A program made the translations under genes and the position numbers. The notes beneath the pieces were generated by a model. That model saw only the letters and a list, made by a program, of their open reading frames with translations, did not search any database and had not been told where the DNA came from. Positions 18,951-29,377 of a stretch of 64,000 bases of DNA are shown in pieces (position 1 is the stretch's first letter; the number at the start of each line of letters is the position of its first letter). Source of the DNA: Ostreococcus lucimarinus. Taxonomy: Eukaryota. The stretch lies in NCBI GenBank assembly GCA_000092065.1, contig CP000586.1. One strand, given 5' to 3'.

Positions 18951-20837
18951 CTTTGGTAAATCTGCAATGACACCGCGTATCCCTTCTGTGATGCCGCCAT
19001 AAATCCATATTCGCCCACCGAAACGCACGTTGGCGGCGACGGCGTGTAAAATCATCGCGAGCGATGCCTTGGTCGGCGGTGCTCGCACCATCGCCGCAGC
19101 GTAAAATTCATCAGGAGTCTCGGGCCAGCTCGTCCCTGTTCCGTGATCGCCACAGCTGAAACGCTGCCAGTTACTGACGCTCCATCCGACACGGCGCAGG
19201 CGCTTCGTGATCAAGCGGTGCTTGTCGTCGACGATGAGCACCCTCGCGCTCAACTCGTCGAACGGCGCCGTGATCTCCTGCGCCAACAGCGCGTCTGCGC
19301 TCCCCCGTTCGATGTGCATGCGATTCGCGTCAGTTTCTTCGCACACCGCGGTGCCTCGTACGCTGAGCTTTTCACGAATCGACTGCGCTTCGTCGTCGTC
19401 GAACACGTCGTCGATGACAAAGTCTAATCTCCCGACGGTTTGCCAATCGAAACCACCCATTCCACGTTCGATGGCGTTTATTATAGCCATCTTGAGCTGC
19501 GCCCCATCACTCATGCTAGTGCCCAATTTCAACGCGTGCGTTGCTTCGACGACAGCGGCGAGATCGGCACCCGTGAGCGTTGCTGCGTGCGTCTTCAAGC
19601 CCTTGGACGCGAATTTTGCGCAGTCGGCAAGCATTCTCGAGTCGACGACGACGGCACCGGCGGCATACATCACGTGCGCAAAACCTTGCGCGGAGAGACT
19701 CAAGTTTTTCGCGATCGGTATCAAGAGCGTGATGAGCTGTTTAGCATCACCCAACTCGACGTTTGGGTCGTTCGTCGCGAGTTTCCCCGCCGCCCAGGCG
19801 GCGTTGGCGACGGCTTGCGCATTCCAATCCTTTGGCTGCTTCTTTGCCATGTCCTTTGCGCGTTTCGCCAGTGGCTCCGCATACGTTGCGGCTTCTTTCC
19901 AACCATCACCGCCAAACGTCGCGATCGCCCACAGAGAAGAGGAAACCTCTTCCGTGCGAACTTCACCCGACGCCAACACGTGGACGAGCGCCGTCACGCA
20001 CTGCTCGTGCAACATTTTCCGCAGCTTCGCAGCGCCCCAAAGCGCGTTCGCCGCGTCTTGCGCGTTCGCCGTCGTCGCGCAAGTATTCAATCTATTTGCC
20101 GCTCCGCTCACCGCGCGGCGCAATAAAGCATCGTCGACGTGAGCGGCACATTTCGTCTTTAAAATCGTCGCGATTGACCAAATCGTCGTGCTCGCGGCGC
20201 GCGCGTCCATCGCGTCCTCGCCCATATCCACCATTCGCCTCGCCAGCGCGTTCATCGCACGGCCCAACGCCTTCACGACACCGTCGTACGCTTCAACACC
20301 GATTTGTCCCTCCGGCACCATCTTTGCCAGCTTCGCCACCGCCCACATTCCGGCGTTGCAGGACTTTCCATCGACGCGCTCCGCGTCGCTCGCCGTCTCC
20401 GTTGCCGCGCGCGAAACCTCACCCTCGTCCCCCAGCCCCTCATTTTTCGCCATCGAATGCAAGCGCCACAAGCTTACGCTCTTCACCGTCTTTCCTATCG
20501 CGCGATTCGCGCGCGCGTGCTTCGCGCGTCGTTCATCCTCCAGTCGTCGCGCTTCGCCCTCGCGGCGTCGCTTCTCGTCTCTCGCGCTCGCCGCTCTCGC
20601 GTCCGAGCCTCGCGCGTTCACCACCTCCTGGTCGCTCGCCCGCACCCCGATGGCGTCGAGCGCGTCGAGCGATCGCGCGATCGTCTCTTCCGCGCGCGCG
20701 CGACGCTCGGCGGCGGTTTTCGCGTCGACAGTTGATGTCCCGGCGGCGTCGAGTTCGACGAGCTTGGCGCTCGCCTGGCGCAGTTTCTTGATCAGCGCGC
20801 GCTTGTACGACGCATCGGGGGCTTTGTCGAGCGTCAT
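18951..20837 (-). CDS. RsmC-like methyltransferase, exon 1: roughly 450-aa alpha-helical repeat extension followed by the RsmC N-terminal (non-catalytic) MTS-like domain
   Basis: Recurring (A)NALWGAAKL / ANAAWAAGKL / SLWAIATF motifs at 40-50 aa spacing resemble OPR/FAST-like organellar RNA-binding repeats. WPETPDEFYAAAMV...GGRIWIYGGITEGIRGVIADL matches RsmC WPKNKPEAQFQLMNLL...[21 protein letters not shown]. Confidence 0.6.
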
Positions 20838-20939
20838 GTCGCGTCTTGGAGGCGAGAAGCGAGCGGGCGCGGGCGCGCGGGCATCGGGTCGGCGCGTTGT
20901 GCGGCGAGCGGCGAGCGGCGAGCGCTTCTATACTAAATT

Positions 20940-22526
20940 CTATTCCTGCGCCTCGCAACGCCGCGTCGCGGCGTCGGCGTCGCGCGCGTACACTAATAAT
21001 CGACGCTGCAGCTCGCGGTCGACCTCGACGTGGGCGTGATGGAAATCGGCCTCGAGGGTGAAATTCCAACTCGCGAGCCAGGCGCTCGCTCGAAGGGCGT
21101 CGGCGTCGAAGAGAACGAGTCGGCTCGGTGCCAACGCCGCGGCCACAGCGCAGGCGTGCGCGTCATTCGCGCTCGGCGTCGCGCCGTACTTTTGTTCGAG
21201 CCACGCATGTGGGTCGGCGGTGAACTTGGCGGAATCGTCCTCGCCCGGCGCGCGGTCGGGCGAGCAGTCGAGAAACGTCATGCGAATCTCGCGATGGATG
21301 TGCGAATAAAACGGCGTCTGGTGGCACGGCGTGGCGAAAAGTACGCCCCCGTGGGTTATTAAGCCACTTTTCGCCAAGCGCGCGATGTGTGGCATGACGG
21401 CGATCGTACCGGCTTGATGCCACACGGACAAGTACAGCGCCGCGGGGACGTTGGTGACGACCAACGCGGCGACGACGAAACGTCGACGCGACGGCGTCAT
21501 GGACGATAGCACCGAGGCCGCACTCACGAGCGAGACGCCGAGACACGGCAGTAAGAACCTGAATTCTTTGTGCGCGGCGAAAGAGTACCCCAAAATAGTC
21601 CAAAACGTCGCTATAAACGCCTCTGGCTTGGTCGCGCGATGGCGCCAAAATCCAATCGCCGCGAGCGGCAGCATCGTGCCCATCACCGCCGGATACCCTT
21701 GCGTGAGATACCAGTGCCAAGGATGTGAGCCATATATCGCGCTTCCACCTTCAAATACATTAAACCGCACGAAATTACACACCACACACGTCCACTCGCC
21801 GTAAAAATACCTATCGACGCACGCCGAGGCGCCGAGCGCAGCAAGCGCCGTCGGCGCCGCTTCGAGCGCCGCAAATCGCGCCTTCTCCCCGATCGTCGCC
21901 TTCGCCTTGATCAACGTCCGCACGCCGAGCGCGAGCCACAAAACGCCACTCGTCGGTCGCATCACGCACGCCAACGCCGCTAAAACCAACGCCTTGAACC
22001 GCCGTCGGCGTCCGCCCGCGCCTGTCCCGAGCGTCGTCCCGAGCGGCCAAAACGTCAACGCCCACGTCGTCGCGCAGGCCTCCACGCAATTCGAGAAGCT
22101 CCGCGTCTCGCAGTAAAACACGAACCAATTCAAAAATCTCAACACGATCACCGCCCTCGCGCACGCGTCGCCGTGCAATCGCAGCGCCAGGCGATAACAT
22201 CCGACGTCGTGCGTCCCGCTCAGCGCCGCGTGCGTCGCCCGCGGCGCGTGTCTCACGAACCAAGCCGACCGCGCGCCGACCGCGTCGCCCAGCTTATACA
22301 CCAGCGCATAGATTAAGGGATGCGCGTACCCTCGCAGCTTGGCGCGCCACTCCCACGTCGCGTGGCCGTAGCCGTAGACGATTTTGTGCGCGATTTCTGG
22401 CCCTTGCCAAAACTCGTCGGCGTTGAAAAACGTGCGCACGACGACGGCGTTGAAGGCGCGGAAGATCAGGCAACACGCGAGGACGGAGGTGAGTAAGTGT
22501 GAGGCGTGCCGGCGCGCCTCGCGCAT
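20940..22526 (-). CDS. GT22-family ER mannosyltransferase (PIG-B/GPI10- or ALG9/ALG12-like), multipass membrane protein
   Basis: FNADEFWQGPEIAHKIVYGYGHATWEW matches the GT22 signature (DEHWQSLEVAH..YG.G.LTWEW). Many hydrophobic segments. Confidence 0.75.
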   Translation of the reverse strand: MREARRHASHLLTSVLACCLIFRAFNAVVVRTFFNADEFWQGPEIAHKIVYGYGHATWEWRAKLRGYAHPLIYALVYKLGDAVGARSAWFVRHAPRATHAALSGTHDVGCYRLALRLHGDACARAVIVLRFLNWFVFYCETRSFSNCVEACATTWALTFWPLGTTLGTGAGGRRRRFKALVLAALACVMRPTSGVLWLALGVRTLIKAKATIGEKARFAALEAAPTALAALGASACVDRYFYGEWTCVVCNFVRFNVFEGGSAIYGSHPWHWYLTQGYPAVMGTMLPLAAIGFWRHRATKPEAFIATFWTILGYSFAAHKEFRFLLPCLGVSLVSAASVLSSMTPSRRRFVVAALVVTNVPAALYLSVWHQAGTIAVMPHIARLAKSGLITHGGVLFATPCHQTPFYSHIHREIRMTFLDCSPDRAPGEDDSAKFTADPHAWLEQKYGATPSANDAHACAVAAALAPSRLVLFDADALRASAWLASWNFTLEADFHHAHVEVDRELQRRLLVYARDADAATRRCEAQE

Positions 22527-22602
22527 GGCGACCGACCGCCCGACCGCGAGTGCGGTAGTGAGGCTAACTGTCTCTATTTCCAGCGGCGGTATTAAAATTC
22601 TA

Positions 22603-23463
22603 CTATTCGATGCGCGTCTTGCTCTCCACGCGCGAAAGCCGAGTCGGGCTCGCCGGCGTCACCACGACGCGCGGTGCGCGCGAAGGCGCGCTCTGTCGCG
22701 CGTTCGCTTCGATTTGCCTGCGATCGCTCGAGTTTAATAAATTCCGAAAGCTTTCGCGCACGGCGGGCTGCGACGCGAGAGCCAACGCGCACGCGACGAC
22801 CAAACTAAAAACAACTTGGAACAAGAATAACCGAAAATTTGCCCCGTCCAGCGCGCGCTTCACGGTCTCCAGCATATCTCTCAATTCTCCAGCGTCTTGA
22901 AGGTACGTGGCGTCGTCGCCGCGAGTCGCCTTGAGCGCCTTTTCGCACGCCGCGCTCGCGTCCAACGCCACCAACGTGGACGCGCGTTCATCCGCCAGCG
23001 CGCTCGCGCACGCCTTCAACGTTTTCGGCGTCGGCATCGCATCTTTACCCGACATTCTCGCCGTCTGTCGGACCCCAGCCTTCATCGCGCGCGCGTCGCT
23101 TCGGCTCGTCGCCAACGCGTCTTCGCACCGCGCGAACGACGTCCTCAACCGCGATATTTCGCGCCCACGCCCGCGCGCGACCACGCCTACGACGACGAGC
23201 GCGCACAGGGCCACCTTGAGCGCCGTCTTCGCGCGCGCGCGCGACGCGCGCGACGCGCGCACTTCAGTTTCTTTCACCTTGGAGTAGTCTTCAGCCGCGC
23301 GCGAAGCGAGCGCGCGCGCCTCGAGCACGGCGAGCTCGGCTTTGACGGCGCGGCGCTCGAGTTCGCTCTGCTCGGGCGTTCGCGGCGGCGTCGCGCGCGC
23401 GGGCGACGATGGCGGATCGGGCGTCGACATCGGCGTCGAGCAGTGAGGCGCGTAGTTTGTCAA
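22603..23463 (-). CDS. Hypothetical coiled-coil membrane protein (two hydrophobic segments)
   Basis: No similarity recognised. Start may be the internal MSTPDPP, since the first Met sits 34 nt from the upstream gene's stop. Confidence 0.35.
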   Translation of the reverse strand: MTNYAPHCSTPMSTPDPPSSPARATPPRTPEQSELERRAVKAELAVLEARALASRAAEDYSKVKETEVRASRASRARAKTALKVALCALVVVGVVARGRGREISRLRTSFARCEDALATSRSDARAMKAGVRQTARMSGKDAMPTPKTLKACASALADERASTLVALDASAACEKALKATRGDDATYLQDAGELRDMLETVKRALDGANFRLFLFQVVFSLVVACALALASQPAVRESFRNLLNSSDRRQIEANARQSAPSRAPRVVVTPASPTRLSRVESKTRIE

Positions 23464-23496
23464 CTCAGTCGCGCGCGCCGTTCGAGGCCGAGAGAA

Positions 23497-26400
23497 CTAT
23501 TCTACACAATCGCTAGGTTTCAAATCGTTCGCGAACACGCGACGTAGCAGCCACAGCGCGGCTTTTTTGTTGATGTGCGCGTTGTGCGCGTCGCACGACA
23601 GGCGCTGGACGCATCGAGGACAGCCGTCGGCGCGGGCGCACGCGCAGTGCTCGACGAGAGCCACGGCGACGCGAGCGAGGTCGGAGAAGAGCGCGGACGC
23701 GCGCTTGGCGATGCCGACGCCGCCGAGGTGGCGGTCGTAGATCAAGAACCGAAACGGAGCGTATCGCGAGGTGTGTCGGTACAGGTCAGCGGAGAAGCAC
23801 TCGCAGCCGACGTCGGCGTCGCCGCATGGAACGCTTAGGGGAAGCGCGTTGAGCAAGGCGTGCGACGCGGCGTGCACGCCGGCGCGAAGGTCAATTCCGG
23901 CGTCGGATGCGTCGGTGACGACGTCGTCGGGAATACGAAGCCACGTGCCGACGGTTCGGAATTCGGTCGTTCTGGGAGGGAACGCCTCGTGATCAAACTT
24001 TGCTTGCGATCCGCGAGCGACTCGCGAGAAACCCGTGAAAGTCGTTCGGATGTCGACTTGATCGCATTTGATCGACAGCGCATCTTTCGTCTCTTCGTAC
24101 GCACGCATGCCACCGGGCACCGCACACGTCGTCTCATGTTTCACGCGAGTGAAATATTTCACATCCGCCATACGCACGAATGCTCGACGGCGCGGGATAT
24201 CGAGTTTGGTGCACAGCAAGGTGCGCCCTTGGTGCGTGTACACCGCCCCTTCGTACACTTCAAAGAATGCCTTGGACGCCTCGATACTCGCGATGACTTT
24301 TTCACGAGCTCCACCGATATCTATGACTTCGTAGCGTTCCTCTTCGATGGTGCGCACGCTCACGTCGAGCGCGGGCGTCTTGTCCGTCGCCGCGAGAAGC
24401 GGTTGCGCGATGGCGGCGTTTAGATCCCACGCGACTAAAGATCGCGCATCTCGCATGAGCTTGTTGCGTGCGAGCTTTCCAGCGATTTCCCGCGTCTTTG
24501 GGCCAAAGTATACCTCGTCGACGTCGGGATTCGCGAACAAAGGGCGCTCGTACGCCGCGCACGCCAGGTGTTGCTCTACGATGGTTGGATTCTCGGCCCA
24601 CACGTAACTCATCTCCAGCGGGGCATCAAAGAGCGCGCGCGGTTGTCGCATGAAATGCTGGTCTAAAGGGCCATCAAACGCGACGTAGACTGAAAGTGCG
24701 TGCCCTTCACGCCGACCAGCACGACCAGCTTGCTGCCAAAGTGATGCGACGGAGCCTGGAAACCCGAGGTGCAGCGTCACGTCAAGCGAACCGACGTCGA
24801 TGCCGAGTTCGAGCGCGTTCGTCGTGGCAACGCCGAGAAGGACACCCGAGAATAGCTCCTTTTCAATCGCTCGTCGCTCAATCGCTTCGTATCCACCTCT
24901 ATACGACGCGACTTTGTCGGCCAAATGTGGCGCCGAGGAGCGCAAAATCTCTCGCGTGTACACGAGCACGAGCTCACAGAGCTTCCGCGTCTTGCAAAAG
25001 GCGAGACAGCGTAGGTTGTGCTGCACGCACTCGGCAAGGAGCTGTGAAATTTCTACCACTGGAGACGTTCTTGCGCCATCCTTTGCATCGTTTTCGTCGT
25101 GCTTTTCATCTTCTACATTTTCATTAGCACCATGCTGCTCGCGGAGTCTTCTTGCGAGCGCCGCCTTGCCGCGCTCGATCACAGTCTCGCGTCTAAATTT
25201 GCGTTCGGTGTTCGTTTGCTTCGATTGCCCGGGTTTTAGCATCGGGTTCCACAGTAAAAATGTCTTCACGCCGCGAGGCGCGCCATCGTTTGTTACCGCC
25301 TCGATGACATCGCGCTCTGGGTGCACGCCGTCGTATCCAATCAAATCTCGCGCGTGCTCGAGCGGGTTGGCCACCGTCGCCGAACTGATTATGAACTGTG
25401 GCGACGATCCGTAGAGTTCCGAGCACAACCGTCGCAAACGTCTGATTATGAGCGCGACGTGCGAACCAAAGACACCCGAATATGCGTGTGCCTCGTCGAC
25501 GACGACATATCGTAACCCAGATAATACGCGCGCCCACGCCTTGTGTGACGGTAACATGCTTACGTGCAACATGTCTGGATTAGTGATGATTAAACGTGCG
25601 TTTTCGCGGACTTCCGTGCGTGCGTCCTCGCGAACGTCCCCGTCGTACATCCCGATCTCAAACACCGTCTCTTCGCTCCTCGGAATATTCGACAGTATGT
25701 TGCGTAGCGCTCGTAGCTGATCTTGCGCGAGAGCCTTGGTGGGAAACATGTACAAAGCCGTCGCCGTTGGGTCCGCGAGTAATGTTTCAATCGTTGGCAC
25801 GTTATAGCACACCGATTTACCAGAAGCCGTACCAGAGGCGACGATGACGTGTTTTCGCGGTTCGCGCTCGTCGAGCACGGTTTCAATCGCGCGCGCCTGG
25901 TGACTGAACAATTTTCTTTCGATATCAATACCCGCACTGGCGAAGGCCGCGAGCGTGACGTCGCTCAACTTTGACGCGAGAGGCGTACGCGCCGCCGGTT
26001 TCGCGGGAATGTTCTCCACGTGCACGATTTGCCCGCTCGACGCCAAGGTCGTTTTGAGATGATCCACGAATGTGTCCACATCCATGGGTTCTGTGCTACA
26101 ACACGGCCCATCGTCGGCGTTTTGCTTTTTCCTTTTCGCCCGTATACGCGGCGGCGCAGGCGGCCGGTCCATCGCCTCGGGGGGCACGGCGAGGCCGCCG
26201 CGCGGCGCGTTTCTCGTCGCCGCCGACTCCGCCGCGCGAATTTCCAGTACGGCATCCAAAATCTCTCGCAAATTCGTGTCTTCTTTCACGTCAAACGGCA
26301 CGTGTTCTATGACTTCGCGCAAGCCGCGATCAAAAGCGGTCGCAAACGTCGCCAACGCGCGATTGAAATTCGCCCCAAAACGATTCGTCATCTCGCCCAA

Positions 26401-27216
26401 CAACCGCGAGTACCCACCTATAGAACGCATCGACCGCCGCGCGCCCTGCAACGCCACCGCAGCGCTCGCGTCGTCGTCGTCATCACCGACGCTCAGGTTC
26501 GTCAAATATCTGGGCGTCACGAACGCGCTCGGTCCATCCTCATCCGGCGCCGTGACGTCGACGACGATTTCCTCCTCGTCGTTTTCCGCCGACTTCCTCC
26601 TCTTGATCAATCGTATGCTTCCCGGACACAGAATCGACATCGCGCGCGCGTCATCGACCGTCACCCTATCATCTTTCACCGCGTTCGCGATCACGCGCAT
26701 CGTCGGCTGCATGTGCTGCCTGTGCAAAAACATGCACGCGCGCGTAATCGCCTCGAAGCCCGCGCTCAACCGTCGAAGCGCCGCGCACGCGCGCGTCCCC
26801 CCTCCTTCGCTCGTCGACGCGCCCGCGCCCGTCACGATTTCATACGATCGATCGCTCGCACCGTTCGCGTCCCTTTCTGTGTCCTCGACGTCGTCATCGT
26901 CGCCGCGCGTCGCCGTCGTCTCGCGCCGCTCGCGCCGTCGCCGCCGCGTCTTCACCGCCGCGAACCCAAAAACCATCACCTCCGTCGCGTCGCCGCTCGC
27001 GCTCGCCCACGACGCCGTCCCTCGAAGCTCACCGTCGCGTCCGGTCGCGCAGACGCGCGCGCGGTGTTCGGGGAAGCCGTACGCGCGCGCGATGGCGCGT
27101 CGAACGTCGTCGATGGAAGATGTCCCAAAGTCATCCAACTCGACGCTTTTGACGACGCCGCGGACGTCCTTGGCGACGATGGTCGCGCGCGCGCGCGGCT
27201 CCGGCGTTGTGTTCAT
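23497..27216 (-). CDS. Hrq1/MrfA-type DEXH-box helicase with a C-terminal DUF1998 zinc-binding domain
   Basis: LFSHQARAIE...VIVASGTASGKS (motif I), VVVDEAHAYSG (DEAH motif II), HGDCD/QQAGRAGRR helicase C motifs, and a terminal Cys cluster (CGDADVGCECF...CPRCVQRLSCDAHN) typical of DUF1998. 1239 aa. Confidence 0.85.
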   Translation of the reverse strand: MNTTPEPRARATIVAKDVRGVVKSVELDDFGTSSIDDVRRAIARAYGFPEHRARVCATGRDGELRGTASWASASGDATEVMVFGFAAVKTRRRRRERRETTATRGDDDDVEDTERDANGASDRSYEIVTGAGASTSEGGGTRACAALRRLSAGFEAITRACMFLHRQHMQPTMRVIANAVKDDRVTVDDARAMSILCPGSIRLIKRRKSAENDEEEIVVDVTAPDEDGPSAFVTPRYLTNLSVGDDDDDASAAVALQGARRSMRSIGGYSRLLGEMTNRFGANFNRALATFATAFDRGLREVIEHVPFDVKEDTNLREILDAVLEIRAAESAATRNAPRGGLAVPPEAMDRPPAPPRIRAKRKKQNADDGPCCSTEPMDVDTFVDHLKTTLASSGQIVHVENIPAKPAARTPLASKLSDVTLAAFASAGIDIERKLFSHQARAIETVLDEREPRKHVIVASGTASGKSVCYNVPTIETLLADPTATALYMFPTKALAQDQLRALRNILSNIPRSEETVFEIGMYDGDVREDARTEVRENARLIITNPDMLHVSMLPSHKAWARVLSGLRYVVVDEAHAYSGVFGSHVALIIRRLRRLCSELYGSSPQFIISSATVANPLEHARDLIGYDGVHPERDVIEAVTNDGAPRGVKTFLLWNPMLKPGQSKQTNTERKFRRETVIERGKAALARRLREQHGANENVEDEKHDENDAKDGARTSPVVEISQLLAECVQHNLRCLAFCKTRKLCELVLVYTREILRSSAPHLADKVASYRGGYEAIERRAIEKELFSGVLLGVATTNALELGIDVGSLDVTLHLGFPGSVASLWQQAGRAGRREGHALSVYVAFDGPLDQHFMRQPRALFDAPLEMSYVWAENPTIVEQHLACAAYERPLFANPDVDEVYFGPKTREIAGKLARNKLMRDARSLVAWDLNAAIAQPLLAATDKTPALDVSVRTIEEERYEVIDIGGAREKVIASIEASKAFFEVYEGAVYTHQGRTLLCTKLDIPRRRAFVRMADVKYFTRVKHETTCAVPGGMRAYEETKDALSIKCDQVDIRTTFTGFSRVARGSQAKFDHEAFPPRTTEFRTVGTWLRIPDDVVTDASDAGIDLRAGVHAASHALLNALPLSVPCGDADVGCECFSADLYRHTSRYAPFRFLIYDRHLGGVGIAKRASALFSDLARVAVALVEHCACARADGCPRCVQRLSCDAHNAHINKKAALWLLRRVFANDLKPSDCVE

Positions 27217-27240
27217 CGCATGACGCGACGCGCGACGCGC

Positions 27241-27251
27241 GCGGGGAAGTG

Positions 27252-27303
<52 letters not shown>
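27241..27303. repeat. Trinucleotide microsatellite (GTC)21 in the intergenic gap between the helicase and the kinase
   Basis: Direct reading of an uninterrupted gtcgtc... run. Confidence 0.9.
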
Positions 27304-27323
27304 TACAAGAGGACGCGAACGCG

Positions 27324-29006
27324 CTAGGCGAGTAAGAATGGGTGCGCGAGCGCGGCGCCGACGTCGAGCCTGCCGCGACGCAAAATATTACGCTTGGTGA
27401 CGAGCCTGCAAGCTAAATCCCACGCGATGCCGCCGTTGACGTCGAGGGCGGAAAAGTCCCAGTTGAGAGCCGACTCGACGTCGGCGCGCCACTTGCGTAA
27501 ATCGTAACCGGCGTCTTCGAGACGCCTTTGAAAGGCGCCGTTCGGAGCCATGACGTTCTTCCCGCGAAGCTGCGGAACGCCGAGCTGGAGGAGAATCAAA
27601 CCCGCGGAGTACGAGTCGAACAGTTGCGGCTGCGCGATGGTCCACAGAAGCGGGGCGAGGACGCCGGCGACGAGCGGGGGCGGCGCGGGCGTCTTTTCAG
27701 ACATGATGAATTGCTCGGGCGGAGAGTATTTGGGATCTAACAACCCTTGCTCGGGGTCGTAATTCTCTCCGCTTCGCAGATCGCACGCCGCGCCGAAATC
27801 GATGAGCTTGAATCGCTTGCCCATGAGCACCAAATTCGACGGTTTCAAGTCTCGATGCACGATGCCGATGTCGTGCAGCGCGGCGACGGTGCCCAACAAG
27901 TCTCTCATAATCTTCTTCGCGCACCGATTCGCGCGCTTCGCCTCGTCGTCGCCGTCGCGCGCGCGAATCCCCAGCGCGTCCTCCAGCGCGTCGGGAAACC
28001 CGCGGTCCTCCAGAAAGTCCTCCAGCGTCGCGTCGCCCTCTTCGCGCGCCCAGACCAAGCACGGCGACCGCGCGCCCTCGACTTCGTAATACGTCCCCAA
28101 AAATTTCGCGCACCCCGCCGCGACGAGCGGCGCGCGCGCGACGCGTCTATTGATGTACGCCTCGGCGTTCTGCAGCTCGCTCGCGCCCTCCACCGCGTTC
28201 GACTGCTTCACCACCACCGTTCGCCCGCTCTTCGAATCCTCCGCCTCGAACACCGTCCCGAAACTCCCCGCCCCCAACCTTCGCCCTCGACGCACGCTCG
28301 CCGCGTCGAACCTTCGCTCCAGCGCCCGCCCCACCGCGTTCGCCACCGTCTGATCGAACGCCCACGGCACGACTCCCGGCTTCGCGATCAGATAAAACGC
28401 CGCCGCCGCGTAAATCGCCAGCTCCGCCTCCGGTCCCAAGTCGCCCGCGTACAGCGCGTACCCGCTCGCTCGCTCCGCGCGCGCCTGCGCCGCGACCGTC
28501 TCTCGCACCCGCGCCGGCGCGTACCGCTCCCACGCCGGTCCGAGCGTTCGTTCGATCGCGATCGACGCCCGCGCGCTCGCGTCGACGACGGGCGCCGGCG
28601 CGTCGGGCAGCGCGCGCCGTAGCTCGCGCGCGCGACGCGTCTCCGTCGTCGTCGTCGTCGCGAGACGCGACGCCGCGTCGGCGCGCGCCGTCGTCGCGAT
28701 TTCATTATCGTTGCGACGCGTCGTCGTCTCGGTCGTCTCGGTCGTCGTCGTCGTCGTCGTCGTCGTTTCGGTCGTCGCGGATAACCTCGTCGACGTCGCG
28801 CGTCGTCGCGCCGCGCGACGCGCGCCGCGCGCGACGCGCGGCGCGCGCGCGACGCGGCGAAACGTTCGCGCGTCGGCGCGTGCGCTCGGCATCGCGACGC
28901 GCGACGCGTCGAAGCGTGCGGCGTCGAAGTGCGCGGCGTCGGCGGGACGGACGACGGCAGACGATGGCGCGCGCCGTCGCGGCGCGGTCGAGCGCGACGC
29001 GGTCAA
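27324..29006 (-). CDS. Thylakoid-type Ser/Thr protein kinase, STN7/STN8 (Stt7)-like
   Basis: GRRLGAGSFGTVFEA, VHRDLKPSNLVL and especially LIDFGAACDLRSGENYDPEQGLLDPKYSPPEQFIM match the STN7/Stt7 signature (DLGAAADLR.G.NY.P...LLDP.Y..PE.Y.M). A hydrophobic segment precedes the kinase domain. The N-terminus is low-complexity with a poly-Thr tract, so the start is uncertain. Confidence 0.8.
   Translation of the reverse strand: MTASRSTAPRRRAPSSAVVRPADAAHFDAARFDASRVAMPSARADARTFRRVARAPRVARGARRAARRRATSTRLSATTETTTTTTTTTETTETTTRRNDNEIATTARADAASRLATTTTTETRRARELRRALPDAPAPVVDASARASIAIERTLGPAWERYAPARVRETVAAQARAERASGYALYAGDLGPEAELAIYAAAAFYLIAKPGVVPWAFDQTVANAVGRALERRFDAASVRRGRRLGAGSFGTVFEAEDSKSGRTVVVKQSNAVEGASELQNAEAYINRRVARAPLVAAGCAKFLGTYYEVEGARSPCLVWAREEGDATLEDFLEDRGFPDALEDALGIRARDGDDEAKRANRCAKKIMRDLLGTVAALHDIGIVHRDLKPSNLVLMGKRFKLIDFGAACDLRSGENYDPEQGLLDPKYSPPEQFIMSEKTPAPPPLVAGVLAPLLWTIAQPQLFDSYSAGLILLQLGVPQLRGKNVMAPNGAFQRRLEDAGYDLRKWRADVESALNWDFSALDVNGGIAWDLACRLVTKRNILRRGRLDVGAALAHPFLLA
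28730..28775. repeat. (GTC)n / (ACG)n trinucleotide run inside the kinase CDS, encoding its poly-Thr tract
   Basis: gtcgtcgtcg... at 28741-28766, with flanking imperfect copies. Confidence 0.8.
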
Positions 29007-29377
29007 GCGCGACGCGTCGACGCGCGCGGACGAGGCCGCGCGTCGTCGCGTCGCGGTCGAGCGCGGCGTCGCGCGCGCGCGGGCGCGCGACGACGCGATG
29101 GACGCGCGCGGCGGTTGACGACGACGACGACGGCGCGACGCGCGACGACGACGGCGCGACGCGCGGGACGACGCGCGCGACGACGACGGACGGCGACGGC
29201 GACGTCTCGGACGACGGCGACGACGAAACCGACGAGTTCGAGGAATACGAAGTCGAGGTGGATTACGAGCTGCGCGATTACGTCGACGACGCGCGCGCGA
29301 GCCTGGAGCGGTTGAGACCGGATTTCACGTGGGGCGCGTGCGAGGCGCGCGCGAGGGCGCGCGCGGAGGGGGGAGTG

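Noticed and set aside
18759-20837. Treating 18759..20837 as an independent OPR-like gene ending at its in-frame stop
   Set aside because: The C-terminal 100 aa align colinearly with the RsmC N-domain, and a consensus donor/acceptor pair links it in phase to the downstream catalytic-domain ORF. The two-exon model was preferred, though still unverified.
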